DNA of 63,009 bases, counting the filler, from Chiloscyllium plagiosum (lineage: Eukaryota): the NCBI RefSeq assembly GCF_004010195.1. It is 5 parts of one record of this genome, joined end to end, with 100 filler letters (N's around TTAATTAATTAA, not from the genome) between each part and the next. Parts side by side here need not be neighbours in the genome. Positions count along the whole stretch, not along the records: positions 1 to 26,869 come from NC_057716.1; 4 more parts are not named here. One strand, written 5' to 3'. The notes under the pieces were generated by a model. That model was given only the letters and a program-made list of their open reading frames with translations, was not told where the DNA came from and ran no database searches. Both the position numbers and the translations under genes were made by a program. This document shows positions 12,108-25,189 of this stretch, piece by piece (the first letter of the stretch is position 1; each line of letters begins with the position of its first letter).

Positions 12108-15100
12108 CATACAGCTGCAACATGACCTCCCAACTCCAATACTCAATGCACTGACCAATGCAAGCAAGCACACTAAACACTTTCTTCACTATCCTAATTA
12201 TCTTTAACTCCACTTTCAAGGAACAATGAACCTGTAATCCAAGATCTCTTTGTTCAGTAACACTCTCAGGACCTTACCATTAAGTGTGTAAGTCCTGCTC
12301 TGATTTTCCTTTCCGAAATGCAGCACCTCGCATTTATCTAAATTAAACTCCACCTGCCACTCCAAAGCCCATTGGCCCATTTGATCAAGTTCCCATTGTA
12401 CTCTGAGTTAACCTTCTTCACTGTCCACTACACCTCCAATTTTGGTGTCACCTGTAAACTTACTAACTATACCTCTTACGCTCACATCCAAATCATTTAT
12501 ATAAATGACAAAAAGCAGTGGACCCAGCACCGATTCTTGTGGCACACCACTCATCACAGGCCTCCAATTCTCTACCACTACCCTCTGTCTTCTATTTTCG
12601 AGCCAGTTGTGTATCCAAATATCTCATTCTCCCTCTAATTCTTGTGATCTAACCTTGCTAACCAGTCTACCATGAGGAATCTTGTTGAGTGCCTTCCTGA
12701 AGTCTACATAGATCATGTTGACAGCTCTGAACTCATCAATCCTCTTTATTACTTCTTCAAAAAAACTTAATCAAGTTAGTGAAACATGATTTCCCATGCA
12801 CAGAGCTGTATTGACTATCCCTAATCAGTCCTTGCCTTTCCAGATACATGTAAATCATATGTCTCAGGATGCCCTCCAACATCTCACCCACCCCCGATGT
12901 CAGGCTCACTGTTCTATAGTTGCCTGGCTTTTCCCTACCACCTTTCTCAAATAGTGGCACCGCGTTAGTCAACCTACAGTCTTCCAGCACCTTGCCTGTG
13001 GCTGTTGTGGATACATATATCTCAGCAAGGGACACAGCAATCACATTCTTTGCTTCCCACAGAGCTTTAGGGTACACCTGATCAGGTCCCGGAGATTTAT
13101 CCACCTTTATGCCTTTTAAAACATCCAGTACCACCTTCTCTGGATTTATTTCCCCACTTTCTCTATCTTCCATATCCTTCTCCACAATAATCGCTGATGC
13201 AAAATACTCATTTATTATCTCCCCCATCTCCTGCACATAGGTGGCCTTGTTGATATTTAAATGGTCATATTCTTTCCCTAGTTGACCTTTTGTCCTTTCA
13301 GTATTTGTAGAATCCCTTTGGATTCTCCTTAACCCTATTTACCAAAGTTATCTCATGTCCCGTTGTTGTCCTCCAGCTTTCCCTCTTAAGTATATGCCTA
13401 ATGCCTTTATGCTTTACTAGGGAATCACTTGATTTCTCCTGTCTTTACCTGACTTATGCTTTATTCTTATTCTTGACCAAAGCCTCAATTTCTCTATCAT
13501 CAGCGTTCCCTACACCTACTAGCCTTGCCCTTCACTCCTAACAGGAACATTCTGTCTCTGGATTTTCATTATGTCATTCTTAAAGGCTTCCCATTTTCCA
13601 GCCATCCTTTTAGCTACGAACATATGCCCCAATCAACCTTTGAAAGTTCTTACCTAATACCGTCAAAATTAGCCTTCCTTCAATTTAGAACTTCAACTTT
13701 TAGATCTGGTCTATCCTTTTCCATCACTATTTAAAACTAATAGAATTATGATCACTGGCCCCAAAGTGCTCCCCCACTGACACCTCAGTCACCTGCCCTG
13801 CCTTATTTCCCAAGACTAAGTCAAGTTTTGCACCTGCTCTAGTAGGTACATCCACATACGGAATCAGAAAGTTTTCTTCTACACACTTTACAAATTCCTT
13901 TCTATCCAAACCCTTAACACCACACCAGTTCCAGTCTATATTTGGGAAGTTAAAATTTCCTACCATAACCATACTATTATTCTCATAGACAACTGATATC
14001 TTCTTCGAAATTTCTTTCCCAACTTCCCCACTGACTACTAGGGGGTGTATAGCACAATCCCAATAAGGTGATCATCCCTTTGTTATTTTTCAGTTCCTGG
14101 TAATATTCCTGTATTACCAGGAATATCCTCCCTAAGTACAACAGTAATGCTATCCCTTATGAAAAACACCACTCACACTCCTCTCTTGCCACCACACCAT
14201 CCCCCACCCCCAACCTTTCTATCCATCCTATAGCATTTGTATCCTGGAACATTAAGCTGCCAGTCCTGTCCATCTGTGAGCCACGTATCTGTAATTGCTA
14301 TGCTATCCCAGTCCCATGTTCCTAACCATGCCCTGAGTTCATCTGTCTTACTTGTTATGCCTCTTGCATTGAAATAAATGCAGTTTAATTTATTACTCCT
14401 ACCTCATTCTCGACTTTGTTCCTGCCTGCCCTGTCTGTTTGACTTACTCCTTTTCCCAACTGTACTAGTCTCAGAGTAATCTCTTTCCTCACAATCGCTT
14501 TGGGTCCCGTCACAAACACCTTCCCCCCACAAACCTTACTAGTTTAAATCCTCCCGAGCAGCTCTAGCAAATCTCCCTGCCAGTATATTAGTCTGTGCCT
14601 CTGACTAGAGTCCCCTATCACAATCGATCACTTGGAACCTGGCATACCCCGAGTTAGATTAGAGCCAGTCTTACTACCAGAAACCTGGCTGTCACTGTTC
14701 TATTCCCCTGAGAGTCCATCACCTCCTACATTTTCCAAACCAGCATATTTGTTTGATATGGGGATAGTCACAGGAGCCTCCTGCGCTACCTGCCTCCCTC
14801 TCCTATATTTCCTGGAGGTGACTCATCTACCTGACTATATTCCCTCCCTGCAATTGCCATTCATCTCACACCCAGCTCCTGTAAATTCCTCATTGCCTCT
14901 AAGTGCCACTCCAACCGATCCATGTGATCGATAGGATTTGCAGACATAATCACCAGTAACATGGAAACTCTCCCTAATCTCCCACATTGAACTGGAAGAC
15001 CTCATCATTCTATAAAAGGCCATCTTTGCACCTTAACAAACTACAGACCTAGAAAATAGCATAGTCTTACTGCTCAAAAAACACTGCACCAGGCGAGCTT

Positions 15101-15175
15101 AGTACCTATGTTTTTATATTTTTAAAGTTTAATCAAGAGACAGTTCTCAATAACAACATATCATCAAAAAGGTCC
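12108..15175 (-). mobile_element. Long CR1 LINE with 5' region/ORF1 remnant, APE endonuclease and RT; 3' end missing
   Basis: ORF1-like MWEIRESFHVTGDYVCK (14835-15023); EN VMVGNFNFPNIDW...LDLVL...SDHN (13727-13972); RT DKSPGPD...NYRTVSLTS (12757-13236). Confidence 0.92.
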
Positions 15176-15934
15176 TGGTAGCAGCAAGTGTGTTTGCCTC
15201 TCCTGTTGTACAGTGTCATGAAATGGGTGCCACAGAGACTGGTTGCATCGTTAATGAAGTGCAGAGTGGAAGAATATGTAGGAAAGTTTGAAATGGGCCA
15301 TGAACTGGACAGTATGAACCTCACTCCAAAAACTTGGAAGGAAATGGGAAAATACAGCACATAGTTATTGTTTGCAGATCTGCTTCGAACAATCCCAATA
15401 TGGAATGTTAATTTCGATTCCTGCTTTGCATAGCAGGACAGACCCAACACATCTTTAAGAAGTTGAAAGCAGTCTGTTCATTTGGTTTCCCTGAAATTAT
15501 TTCATTTCAATAGCAGTGAAGCTGTAACTTTCCTCTGTTATTTCTCATGATGAGTCACAGGTTTGACTCTTGCTGTGGTATTGAAATAATACTGCACAAC
15601 AAAGTGACAGGTAAATTAAAAACGCAATTACATATTTTGGTGAGTGTTTTATTGTAACTGTCCATCTATGAGTTACAATAGTTGGTTTTTAATCTATTAA
15701 ATTTGCTACGCATGCTACATCATGCCTATATGGTATCACCATTCTGATACCAGTCCTTACTAAACAACATATTTCCTCTGCGAGAAGAAGCTTCGATATC
15801 TTCAGTACAAACCACTCCCAATGGCTTTACCTAAAATAACATGTTGCTTTCTGAGGACCATTCACTTGCCCTTATTTTTCCATGGTTAACTCCATGAATA
15901 ATGATGTAAAACATAAAATTAAACTAGTTTACAT

Positions 15935-18621
15935 TATTACAATCTGATTGTAATAATGGACAAGTCAAATCCCAGACAGAAACCTGGCTTGATTATTAAA
16001 AAAAAATGCAAAAATCAAATGCATGATCAATGTAAACATATTAATAATATACTGCCAATATACTTTTAATAAAAGAGCATCAACTTTTATGATACACAAA
16101 ATGAAAGAAACACAATGGTTTTCACACTATACAAGAACTAATTGAAATAAAGATTCAATCATTTTCCTATCAACCACCTTTTGGATGCTTAAGTCTCACT
16201 GAAGGGTCATGCAATTTAAACTTTGATGTCCCTTGTTCTGTTGGCACAGCTGCACTTGGGTTTTTTATCCAGCAAATGTCTGGTTTCATTCAATACTATC
16301 TTCTTTAGTCGCTTCTTTAAGCAAACTATTGACATAGCTCACTTATTTCTTAAAATGGATTCTTTAAACTTCTCTTCGGAGTTTTTCTATTCGGAGTTTC
16401 CTCTGACTGACATTAAACAACTCAGGACTTCTTTTCTCTTGCCTAACAGTTCTGAAGACTGCTAAACTGCACTGCTGCTCATCCAGGTTTTTTTTTCCAC
16501 GAGGAAAACACGCTACTACTTGAAAGAAACTGCACATTCACTGCTCTTCTTGATAGTTCTGTTTTCTTAAAATGGAAATGCTTCTGTCCATCTTCCTGTG
16601 TCATAGGGCACCTTGTTGCTAGACAACAACACAATATTTTCTTTCTTCTACTCTTTGCAATAGCTTTTTAAAGTCTCATTTAAATAAATGTCAACAAGTT
16701 TCCATATTCTGACAAACACTCACATATCTCAAAAATTAAACTAGTTTCTTCCTTTCTAAAGACACATAATATGGAAATTCAAAACAAGGTTGAAACTATA
16801 CTCTGACCAATAAAGGAAACCTTGGTTGACGAGGGAGGTTGAATGTCTTGTAAAGAGGAAGAAGGAGGCTTACATAAGGTTGAGGAAACAGGGTTCAGAC
16901 AGAGCAGTGGAGGGATACAGGATAGCCAGAAGGGACCTAAAGAAAGGGATTAGGAGAGCCAAGAGAGGGCATGAAGGATCAAGGATAACCCAAAGGCATT
17001 TTATGCGTATGTGAGAAACATGACAATGACGAGAACGAGAGTAGGTCCAATCAAGGACAGTAGTGGGAGACTGTGCATTGAGTCGGAAGAGATAGGAGAG
17101 GTCTTGAACAAGTACTTCTCTTCAGTATTTACGAACGAGAGGGACCGTATTGTAGAAGAGGAGAGTGTGAAATGGACTGGTAAGCTAGAAGAGATACCTG
17201 GTAGGAAGAAAGATGTGTTGGACATTTTGAACAACTTGAGGATAGACAAGTCCCCCGGGCCTGACGGGATATATCCTAGGATTATGTGGGAAGCAAGAGA
17301 GGAAAGTGCAGTACCGTTGGCAATGATCTTCTCGTCTTCACTGGCAACGGGAGTGGTACCAGGGGACTGGAGAGTAGCGAATGTTGTGCCCCTGTTCAAA
17401 AAAGGGAATAGGGATAACCCCGGGAATTACAGGCCTGTTAGTCTTACTTCTGTGGTAGGCAAAGTAATGGAAAGGGTACTGAGGGATAGGATTTATGAGT
17501 ATCTGGAAAGACACTGCTTGATTAGGGACAGCCAGCACGGATTTGTAAAGGGTAGGTCTTGCCTTACAAGTCATATTGAATTGTTTGAGGAGGTGACCAA
17601 GTATGTGGATGAGGGTAGAGCAGTGGATGTAGTGTACATGGATTTCAGTAAGGCATTTGATAAGGTTCCCCATGGTAGGCCTATGCGGAAAGTCAGGAGG
17701 CATGGGATAGAGGGAAATTTGGCCAATTGGATAGAAAACTGGCTAACCGGTCGAAGGCAGAGAGTGGTGGTAGATGGTAAATATTCAGCCTGGAGCCCAG
17801 TTACAAGTGGAGTTCCGCAGCAATCAGTTCTAGGTCCTCTGCTGTTTGTAATTTTTCTTGCTAACCACCCTTCCACTTCTTCATCCAAGTCATTTATAAA
17901 ACTCACAAAAAGCAGAGGTCCCAGAACTTTGAAAGTTGTCCCTCAGGTGGATAGAGCTTGTAAGAAGGTCTATGGTGTATTAGCGTTCATTAGCAGAGGG
18001 ATTGAATTCAAGAGTCGTGAAGTGATGTTGCAGCTGTATAGGACTTTGGTTAGGCCACATTTGGAGTACTGTTTGCAGTTCTGGTCGCCTCACTTTAGGA
18101 AAGGTGTGGAAGCTTTGGAGAGGGTGCAGAGGAGATTTACCAGGATGTTGCCTGGAATGGAGAATAGGTCGTACGAGGATAGGTTGAGAGTGCTAGGCCT
18201 TTTCTCGTTGGAACGGTGAAGGATGAGGGGTGACTTGATAGAGGTGTATAAGATGATCAGAGGACTAGATAGAGTAGACAGTCAGAAACTTTTTTTCCAT
18301 GGGTACAACAGAGTGTTACAAGGGGACATAAATTTACGGTGAAGGGTGGAAGGTATAGGGGAGATGTCAGGGGTGGGTTCTTTACCCAGAGAGTGGTGGG
18401 GGCATGGAATGTGCTGCCTTTGGGAGTGGTAGAGTCAGAATCTTTGGTGACCTTTAAGTGGCAATTGGATAGGTACATGGATGGGTGCTTAAGCTAGGAC
18501 AAATGTTCGGCACAACATTGTGGGCCGAAGGGCCTGTTCTGTGCTGTATTGTTCTATATCTGGTTCTGTCAGCTTTAGAACCCAAATTTCCCAAGATATA
18601 ATACCACCAATCTTCATCACA
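15935..18621. mobile_element. Second copy of the putative solo LTR family, split by CR1 16808-18556
   Basis: Start resembles 6756; the segment after the CR1 (18575-18621) resembles the end of 6756-7610. Confidence 0.35.
16808..18556 (+). mobile_element. Young CR1 LINE (second subfamily), 5'-truncated, with an internal inversion/deletion
   Basis: 402-aa ORF 17011-18219 with RT motifs NYRPVSLTS, SQHGF, YMDFSKAFDKVPH, SGVPQ.SVLGPLLF; tail tattgttctat. Confidence 0.95.
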
Positions 18622-18687
18622 CCATCTTAATTTCTTTACTAAATGTTTCTACAGTACTGCTTATTAGTAAAATATTCCACCTAATCA

Positions 18688-18992
18688 TTAGATTAGATTA
18701 CATTACAGTGTGGAAACAGGCCCTTCGGCCCAATAAGTCCACACCGACCCGCCGAAGCGAAACCCACCCATACCCCTACATTTACCCCTTACCTAACACT
18801 ACGGGCAATATTAGCATGGCCAGTTCACCTGACCCTGCACATCTTTTGGACTGTGGGAGGAAACCGGAGCACCCGGAGGAAACCCACGCAGACACGGGAA
18901 GAACGTGCAAACTCCACACAGTCAGTCGCCTGAGGCGGGAATTGAACCCGGGTCTCAGGCACTGTGAGGCAGCGGTGCTAACCACTGTGCCC
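18688..18992 (-). mobile_element. HE1-type V-SINE (young)
   Basis: Reverse complement nearly identical to 54834-55136; taatc tail repeats. Confidence 0.93.
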
Positions 18993-19024
18993 TCGCCTCG
19001 CCTCGCCATACCATACCATACCAT

Positions 19025-19365
19025 ATAGCATCATAGAGTCATACAGCCCAGAAACAGACCCTTCCATCCATGTTAACCAGTCATCCCAATCTAATCTAGT
19101 CCCATTTACCAGCACTTGGCCCATATCCCTCTAAACCCTTCCTATTCATAGACCCATCCAGGAGTTTTTTTAAATGCTGTAATTCTGGCAGGTCATCCCA
19201 TACACAGATGGCCTTCTGTATGAAGAAGTTAGCCTTCGGTCCTTTCTAAATCTTTCCCCTCTTACCTTAAACATATGCCTTCTAGTTTTGGATTGTCTCA
19301 CCCTGGGATAAAGACCTTGGCTACTAATCCTATCCATGTCCTTTGTGATTTTATAAATCTCTACA
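19025..19365 (-). mobile_element. CR1 3' fragment
   Basis: EIYKI.K.MDR...KTR.H.FKVRGERF on the minus strand, plus 3' UTR. Confidence 0.88.
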
Positions 19366-20130
19366 GGTTTGTTGCCTGTTCCTAGCTGGTTGACTTGCTT
19401 GGTCATGTCAGAAAGCAATTAAGAATCAATAACATTACTGTGGATCTGGCCTCATATAGGCCAGACCCAGGTAAGGATGGCAGATTGCTTTAATAGATGT
19501 ATTTAAATTGGATTTACCAACATCAAGCTTCCATTTATTTCAAACAAATATAAACATTTTTACAACAGTATTATTTAAATTTGGATTGTAATTTAACACC
19601 ATTTACTGATTAACTAATATGAAGATGAATAGTAGTGTAGTCCTTTCTAAACTTGCTATTGGGTAACATAGTCAATAGTTGATGTTGAGCTCAAAGGAAT
19701 TGTAGTAATCTGTCTAACGGCAAGTTTTCAGTTTTGTTTTCCCTTTAGCTCTTTTCTTCTAATGGAGAGAGTTTCTCCTCAGGTATGTCTTTGTTGAGCT
19801 CTCTTATTCTATTTCATGACGCGTTTACATGAAGTCAAAAGCATAATATTGGCTTTCAGAGCTACATAAAAATTTGACCAGTCCACAACATTTAACATGT
19901 CCTACTAAAACATCTTTCCACAAAAACGATATTGTTGGTAAAACAAGATCCATACTTAGATAATTTTAACTATTTTTGTGAATGTTATATATTTTAATTA
20001 TTATGTTTCAAAACTGGGGTTCTTCTAAGTCAGCAATGAGGCAGAAAATCAGAGATTTAAAACATCATATTTTTATTGATATAACGAATTCAATTCGTCA
20101 GTTACATTTTATTGTCAGCTGTAATTAAAA

Positions 20131-20278
20131 AGGCAAAAGTGAGGACTGCAGATGCTAGAAACCAGACTTTAGACCAGAGTGGTGCTGGAAAAGCACAGCA
20201 GGTCAGGCAGCATCTGAGGAGCCTGCTCCTTGGATGCTGCCTGACCTGCTGTGCTTTTCCAGCACCACTCTGATCTAA
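20131..20278. mobile_element. PLE-derived fold-back (hairpin) insertion
   Basis: Inverted arms cagagtggtgctggaaaagcacagcaggtcaggcagcatc / gatgctgcctgacctgctgtgcttttccagcaccactctg; 14-bp TSD agctgtaattaaaa at 20117-20130 and 20279-20292. Confidence 0.88.
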
Positions 20279-20755
20279 AGCTGTAATTAAAAGCCTATTT
20301 TTGATTCATAACATTGTGCAATTCATGATTCTACTTGTTACTTACTGCTTGGTACATCCCCTCTTCAATTGTAGTTTGTTGCTGTTCAATGAAAACTAAA
20401 TTTGAGATTTTGGGGTGCATTTTATTGGGACAGTAAAAGTCCTGAGCAACAGCATCTCACCTGCTGGATGAGCCTCAGATGCATTTTAGGCTCATTTGGC
20501 AATTAATTTGTTGCCATTAAAGCTCTTTCCCTTCTGAAAAAAAGGAAGACAACCCCCAAGCTGCCGGCCAGAGGAGGGGATGAGGACTGGTAGACCAAAT
20601 GATTGTTTAAAAGCTTCAATTGATGGTACATTAAGAATGACCCAGTGGACCTCCTCGCGCAGAACCTGACTGATGAGGCGAGAGCAGGTGACACTATCTC
20701 TTGCTAATACTGGATTTCTAGCCTTGTAGGGATGAGGTGTGAGGCCCATATTCAA

Positions 20756-21041
20756 GGTGGCATGGTGGCTCAGTGGTTAGTACTGCTGCCTCACAGCCTC
20801 AGGCTACTGTCTATGTGGAGTTTGCATGTTCTTCCTGTGTCTCCGTGGGTTTCCGCTTGGTGTTCCGGTTTCCTCCCACAGTCCAAAGATGTGCAGATCT
20901 GGTAAGTTGATCATGCTAAAATGCCCATAGTGTAAGGTGCATTAGTCAGAGGGAAATGGGTTTGGGTGGGTTACTCTTTGGAGGGTCGGTGTGGACTTGT
21001 TGGGCTGAAGGGCCTGTTTCCACACTGTGGGGAATCTAATC
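20756..21041 (+). mobile_element. HE1-type V-SINE with B-box region deleted
   Basis: Head ggtggcatggtggctcagtggttag, V-domain and tail present. Confidence 0.88.
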
Positions 21042-21280
21042 ATATTATGGCAAGGACTGTTGGTCTGGCAATACACGTGAGCAGTGGTCATTGCTGAGAC
21101 AGAAATAGTGCCAGCATCACAGGAAGATGAATGGGATAGGGAAATTTAAAGGGAGGACATAGTTGATGATGGCAGGAATGTTGCAGCCTCTGCCATTGCC
21201 AATGCAACTCCTGTCTATCGGTCATAGAATAACCTTCTGGATTAGGAGGCTTTGTCTAAGGGCCACAGAAAGAGCAGTAG

Positions 21281-21722
21281 AAATAAAAACAGAAAATGCT
21301 TGAGAAACTAAGCAAGTCTGGCAGCATCTGTGGAGAGAGAAACAAATGTTTGCATAGAAAATTCATAGAATCTCATCAAGTCCAAAATGACTCTCCAAAG
21401 AGCATCCCACCCAGACCCATATCTCTACCGTAATCCTGTGTTTCTCACAGCCAATCTACCTAACCTACATATCTTTGTCCTGTGGGAGGAAATCAGAGCA
21501 AATGGAGGAAATCCATGCAGACGCAGGGAAAATATGCATACTCCACACTGACCGTCACCCAAGACTGGAGTCAATCCTGGACTCCTCGCGCCACAAGGCA
21601 GCAGGGTTAACCACTGAACCACCATGCCACCTCTCTCCCATAGATGCTGCAGACATGCAGAATTTCTCCAGAATTTTCTTTTTCTATTTCAGATCTGCAG
21701 CATCCAAAGTATTTTGCATTTA
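21281..21722. mobile_element. Old PLE fold-back element with a minus-strand V-SINE (21355-21631) in its centre
   Basis: Arms gcagcatctgtggagagag / ctctctcccatagatgctgc flank a diverged HE1-like SINE. Confidence 0.7.
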
Positions 21723-22974
21723 TTTGAGAGAACAGCAAGTTTGACCAGGAACCGAATGACCCGCCCACCACTGCCAACTTTAGTGAAGTTCCAGTAGTAA
21801 AGGGAAATGGTGCTTTATAGCCCCATACTATAAAGAGGTTATTTTTCGGTGGCTGAAAGCTTTTGGAAATCACTTCCTCAAGGAGTGATGGAGGCAGGAT
21901 TGGTGATTTTTTTTCAGGCAGAAATAAATTCTTGACCAAAAAGGGAGTCAAGGGACATTCAGATAGTTGGGAACATTGAATTCAGGCCACAATCAGATCA
22001 GCTATGAGCTTATTAAATGGTGGAGCAGACACAAGGGCTGAATGGTCTACACCTGCCCCTAATTCATATAAGCAGGTCACTTAATTGGTTCTGGATGGGT
22101 AGTCACCCTATACCTTCTCCATCATTGTCAAAAGCATTTGGCAGCCATAATACTCTACCCTCACTACATTCCATTGCCATTATATCCCATCCCACCCTAT
22201 ACAGCTGATAATCTAGTACTGGCAAGAGGTATTGTCCCTTCTCATCACCAACAATTAAGTTCTAGCAAGAAGGACCACTTGGATCTTTCTTAACTGGTTA
22301 CTAATTAAGATTCTTAAACAATCAATTAGTGGCCATTTAAGTGTGTCAGCTCATACCTGCCCAGTTACTTGCCTTTGTGGCAGTTACGTAAAGTGGCTGG
22401 TTCCCTAACTGGGTAACCAGGGTGACATGCCAACCAGATTAGGGTGTGCAACCCCAATTGCCCCAACCTGGGACCAATCAAAATCTGACCTCTGAAAATC
22501 AGGCCTCTGCACTTCCATTTTTGTGACCCAACTCTGCAGGAAGCAAATGCAAAAGTTCTGCTTTTTTGTCATTGGAACCCAGAGGAGAAAACCTTAACCG
22601 ATGAAATTTAGGAGACAGTTTTGATTGGCCACAGTTACTAAGTAGTTGGGATGACACTGTTGGGGCCTGTGATAGGCTGATTAGCACGCTGAAGCTCAGT
22701 AGTCAGCTCTTAACAAACTGATAGATGTACAATCCAGTGAGATTTCTCAACGATGGGGATGGTGAGTTAGTTGACACCTAATATACCTGCCTTTACGCTT
22801 AGTGTCAGAAAGGGAAAATTGGGGTCCTGATTTTTCATAGATGCAATATCTGTCAAATTATAATAAATATATATGTATGTTCATTTATCAATCTCTGAGT
22901 GACTGTTTCTTCTCTGCATTCCCTATCACAAACCAACTCTAGGACAGGCATTGATGCAAATCAAGTAGAAATCA

Positions 22975-23696
22975 TGTGAAGTGCTGTATCTTGGAAAGGC
23001 AAATCAGGGCAGGACTTATACACTTAGTGGTAAAGTCCTGGGGTGGGGGTGTTGCTGAACAAAGAGACCTCAGAGTGCAGGTTCATAGTTCTTTGAAAGT
23101 GAAGTCGCAAGTAGATAGGATAGTGAAGAAGGTGTTGGGTATGCTTTCGTTTATTGGCCAGAATATTGAGTATAGGAGTTGGGAGATCATGTTGCAGCTG
23201 TACAGGACATTGATTAGGTCACTTTTAGAATATTGCGTGCAATTTTGGTCTCGCTCCTATTGGAAAGATGTTGTGAAACTTGAAAGGGTTCAGAAATGTT
23301 TACAAGGATGTTGCCAGGGTTTGGAGAGTTTGAGCTATAGGGAGAGGCTGAATAGGCTGGAGCTGTTTTTCCTGGAGCGTCAGAGGCTGAGGGGTGACCT
23401 TATAGAGGTTTATACAATCATGAGGGGCATAGTTAGGGTAAATAGGTCTTTTCCCTGTGGTGGGGGCATCCTGAACAAAGGGCGGTGCGTGTATGGAATG
23501 AACTGCCAGTGAAAGTAGTGGAGGCTGGTACAATTACAACATTTAAAAGGCACCTGGATGGTTATATGAATAAGAAGGGTTGAGAGGGATATGGGCCAAG
23601 TGCTGGCAAATGTAGCAAGATTAATTTAGGATATCTGGTTGGCATGGATGAGTTGGACCGAAGGATCTGTTTCTGTGTTGTACATCTCTATGACTC
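22975..23696 (+). mobile_element. CR1 3' fragment
   Basis: ORF 22976-23512 is the CR1 RT C-terminus; ctatgact tail. Confidence 0.93.
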
Positions 23697-24819
23697 ATGC
23701 GTCACACATTGGAGTCCTGACTAAATGCAGTATTTCGCTGAAGTGGAATTAGAAGTACAGGATAATTGGGCCACGCACTCAAAGGTAGGTAAAAAGGAAT
23801 ATGTAGTGGAAAGGAAATGGAGAAAGGTCAGGCAAAATGGTGAATACGGGAAGAACAATGCATAGGAGTGCTGGGTCTAGAAAAAGAAGGGTGGGTAAGG
23901 AAAAGTGACAGACATGGAGCAAGAAGGTGAGACTGTGAACAGTGAATGAAAGTGTGGAAGTTGGTGTAAACAAAAATGAGAGAGTGGGGTTAAGGAATAA
24001 ATAGGGATGTCTTGAAAAGAGTTCATTTACAGAAGAGGAGGTGCTGGAAGTTTTAAACAGGTCGATAAGGTAGATAAATCCCCCAGACCTGATAAGATTT
24101 TCCCAGAACTTTGTGGGAAGTTAGGGAAGAGATTGCTGGCCCACTTGCTGAGACATTTGTATCATTGACAGCCATGGGTGAGCTGCCAGAAGACTGGAGG
24201 TTGGTTAAACTTGTGCCATTACTTAAGAAAGGCTGAAGGAAAAGCCAGGGAACAATAGACCGATGAATATGATATAAGTGGAAAGTATGTTGTTGGAGGG
24301 GATTCTGACAGAAAGATTTACAACAATTTTGAAATGCACAGACCCATTAAGCCGAGTCAATATGGCTTCGTGCATGGGATATCGTGCCTTTTTTGAGTTT
24401 TTTGAAGAAGGGACAAAAAAAGCTTGTTGTAGGCAGAGCATTGGATGTTGTCTATATGGATTTCAGTAAGGCATTCAACAAGGTTCCACATGGCAGACTG
24501 GTTAGTAAGGTTAGATCACATGGGATCCGGGAGCTAGACATTTGGATAAAAAATTGGCTTGAAGGTAGGAGACAGAGTGGTAGTGGAGGGTTGCTTTTCA
24601 GACTGGAGGCCTATGACCAATGATGTGCCGCAAGGATCGGTACTGGGTCCATTGCTGTAATCATTTATATGAATGATTTGTATGTGAATAAAGGAGATAT
24701 GGTTAGTAAGTGTGCAGATGACACCAAAATAGCGGACAGGGAGATTATCTCAGAGTACAACAGGAACTTGATCAGATCAGTCAATGGCCTGAGGAGCGGC
24801 AGATGGAATTTAGTGAGGT

Positions 24820-25078
24820 GAATTGAATTGAATCTAATTTACTGTCACATGTACCGAGGCACAGTGAAAAGCTTTGTCTTGTGAGCAATACAGGCAGATC
24901 ACATAGTAAAGTAACATAGATTGTAAATAATAGGTAAACAGTAGCAAAAACAAAAGCACAGGCACAGGCGAATGTTAGGAGTTTGTGAGTCCATTCAGTA
25001 TTTGAACAACAGTAGGGTAGAAACTGTTGCGAAACCGGCTGGTGCGTGTGTTCAGGCTTCTGTACCTTCTCCACGAGG
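24820..25078 (-). mobile_element. Rex1/Babar-like LINE 3' end
   Basis: Minus strand RRYRSLNTRTSRFRNSFYPTVV, typical of the Rex1/Babar C-terminus; (caatt)n tail; interrupts CR1 with gaggtg on both sides. Confidence 0.7.
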
Positions 25079-25189
25079 TTGTAGAGGTGTTGCATTTTGG
25101 TAAGGCAAATCAGGGCAGGACTTATACACTAAATGGATGGACCCTGGGCAATGTTGCCGATCTAAGGGACCTAGGGATGCAGATGCATA

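Noticed and set aside
17011..18219. 402-aa ORF as a host gene or active RT
   Set aside because: CR1 ORF2 fragment, 5'-truncated and lacking the catalytic DD motif.
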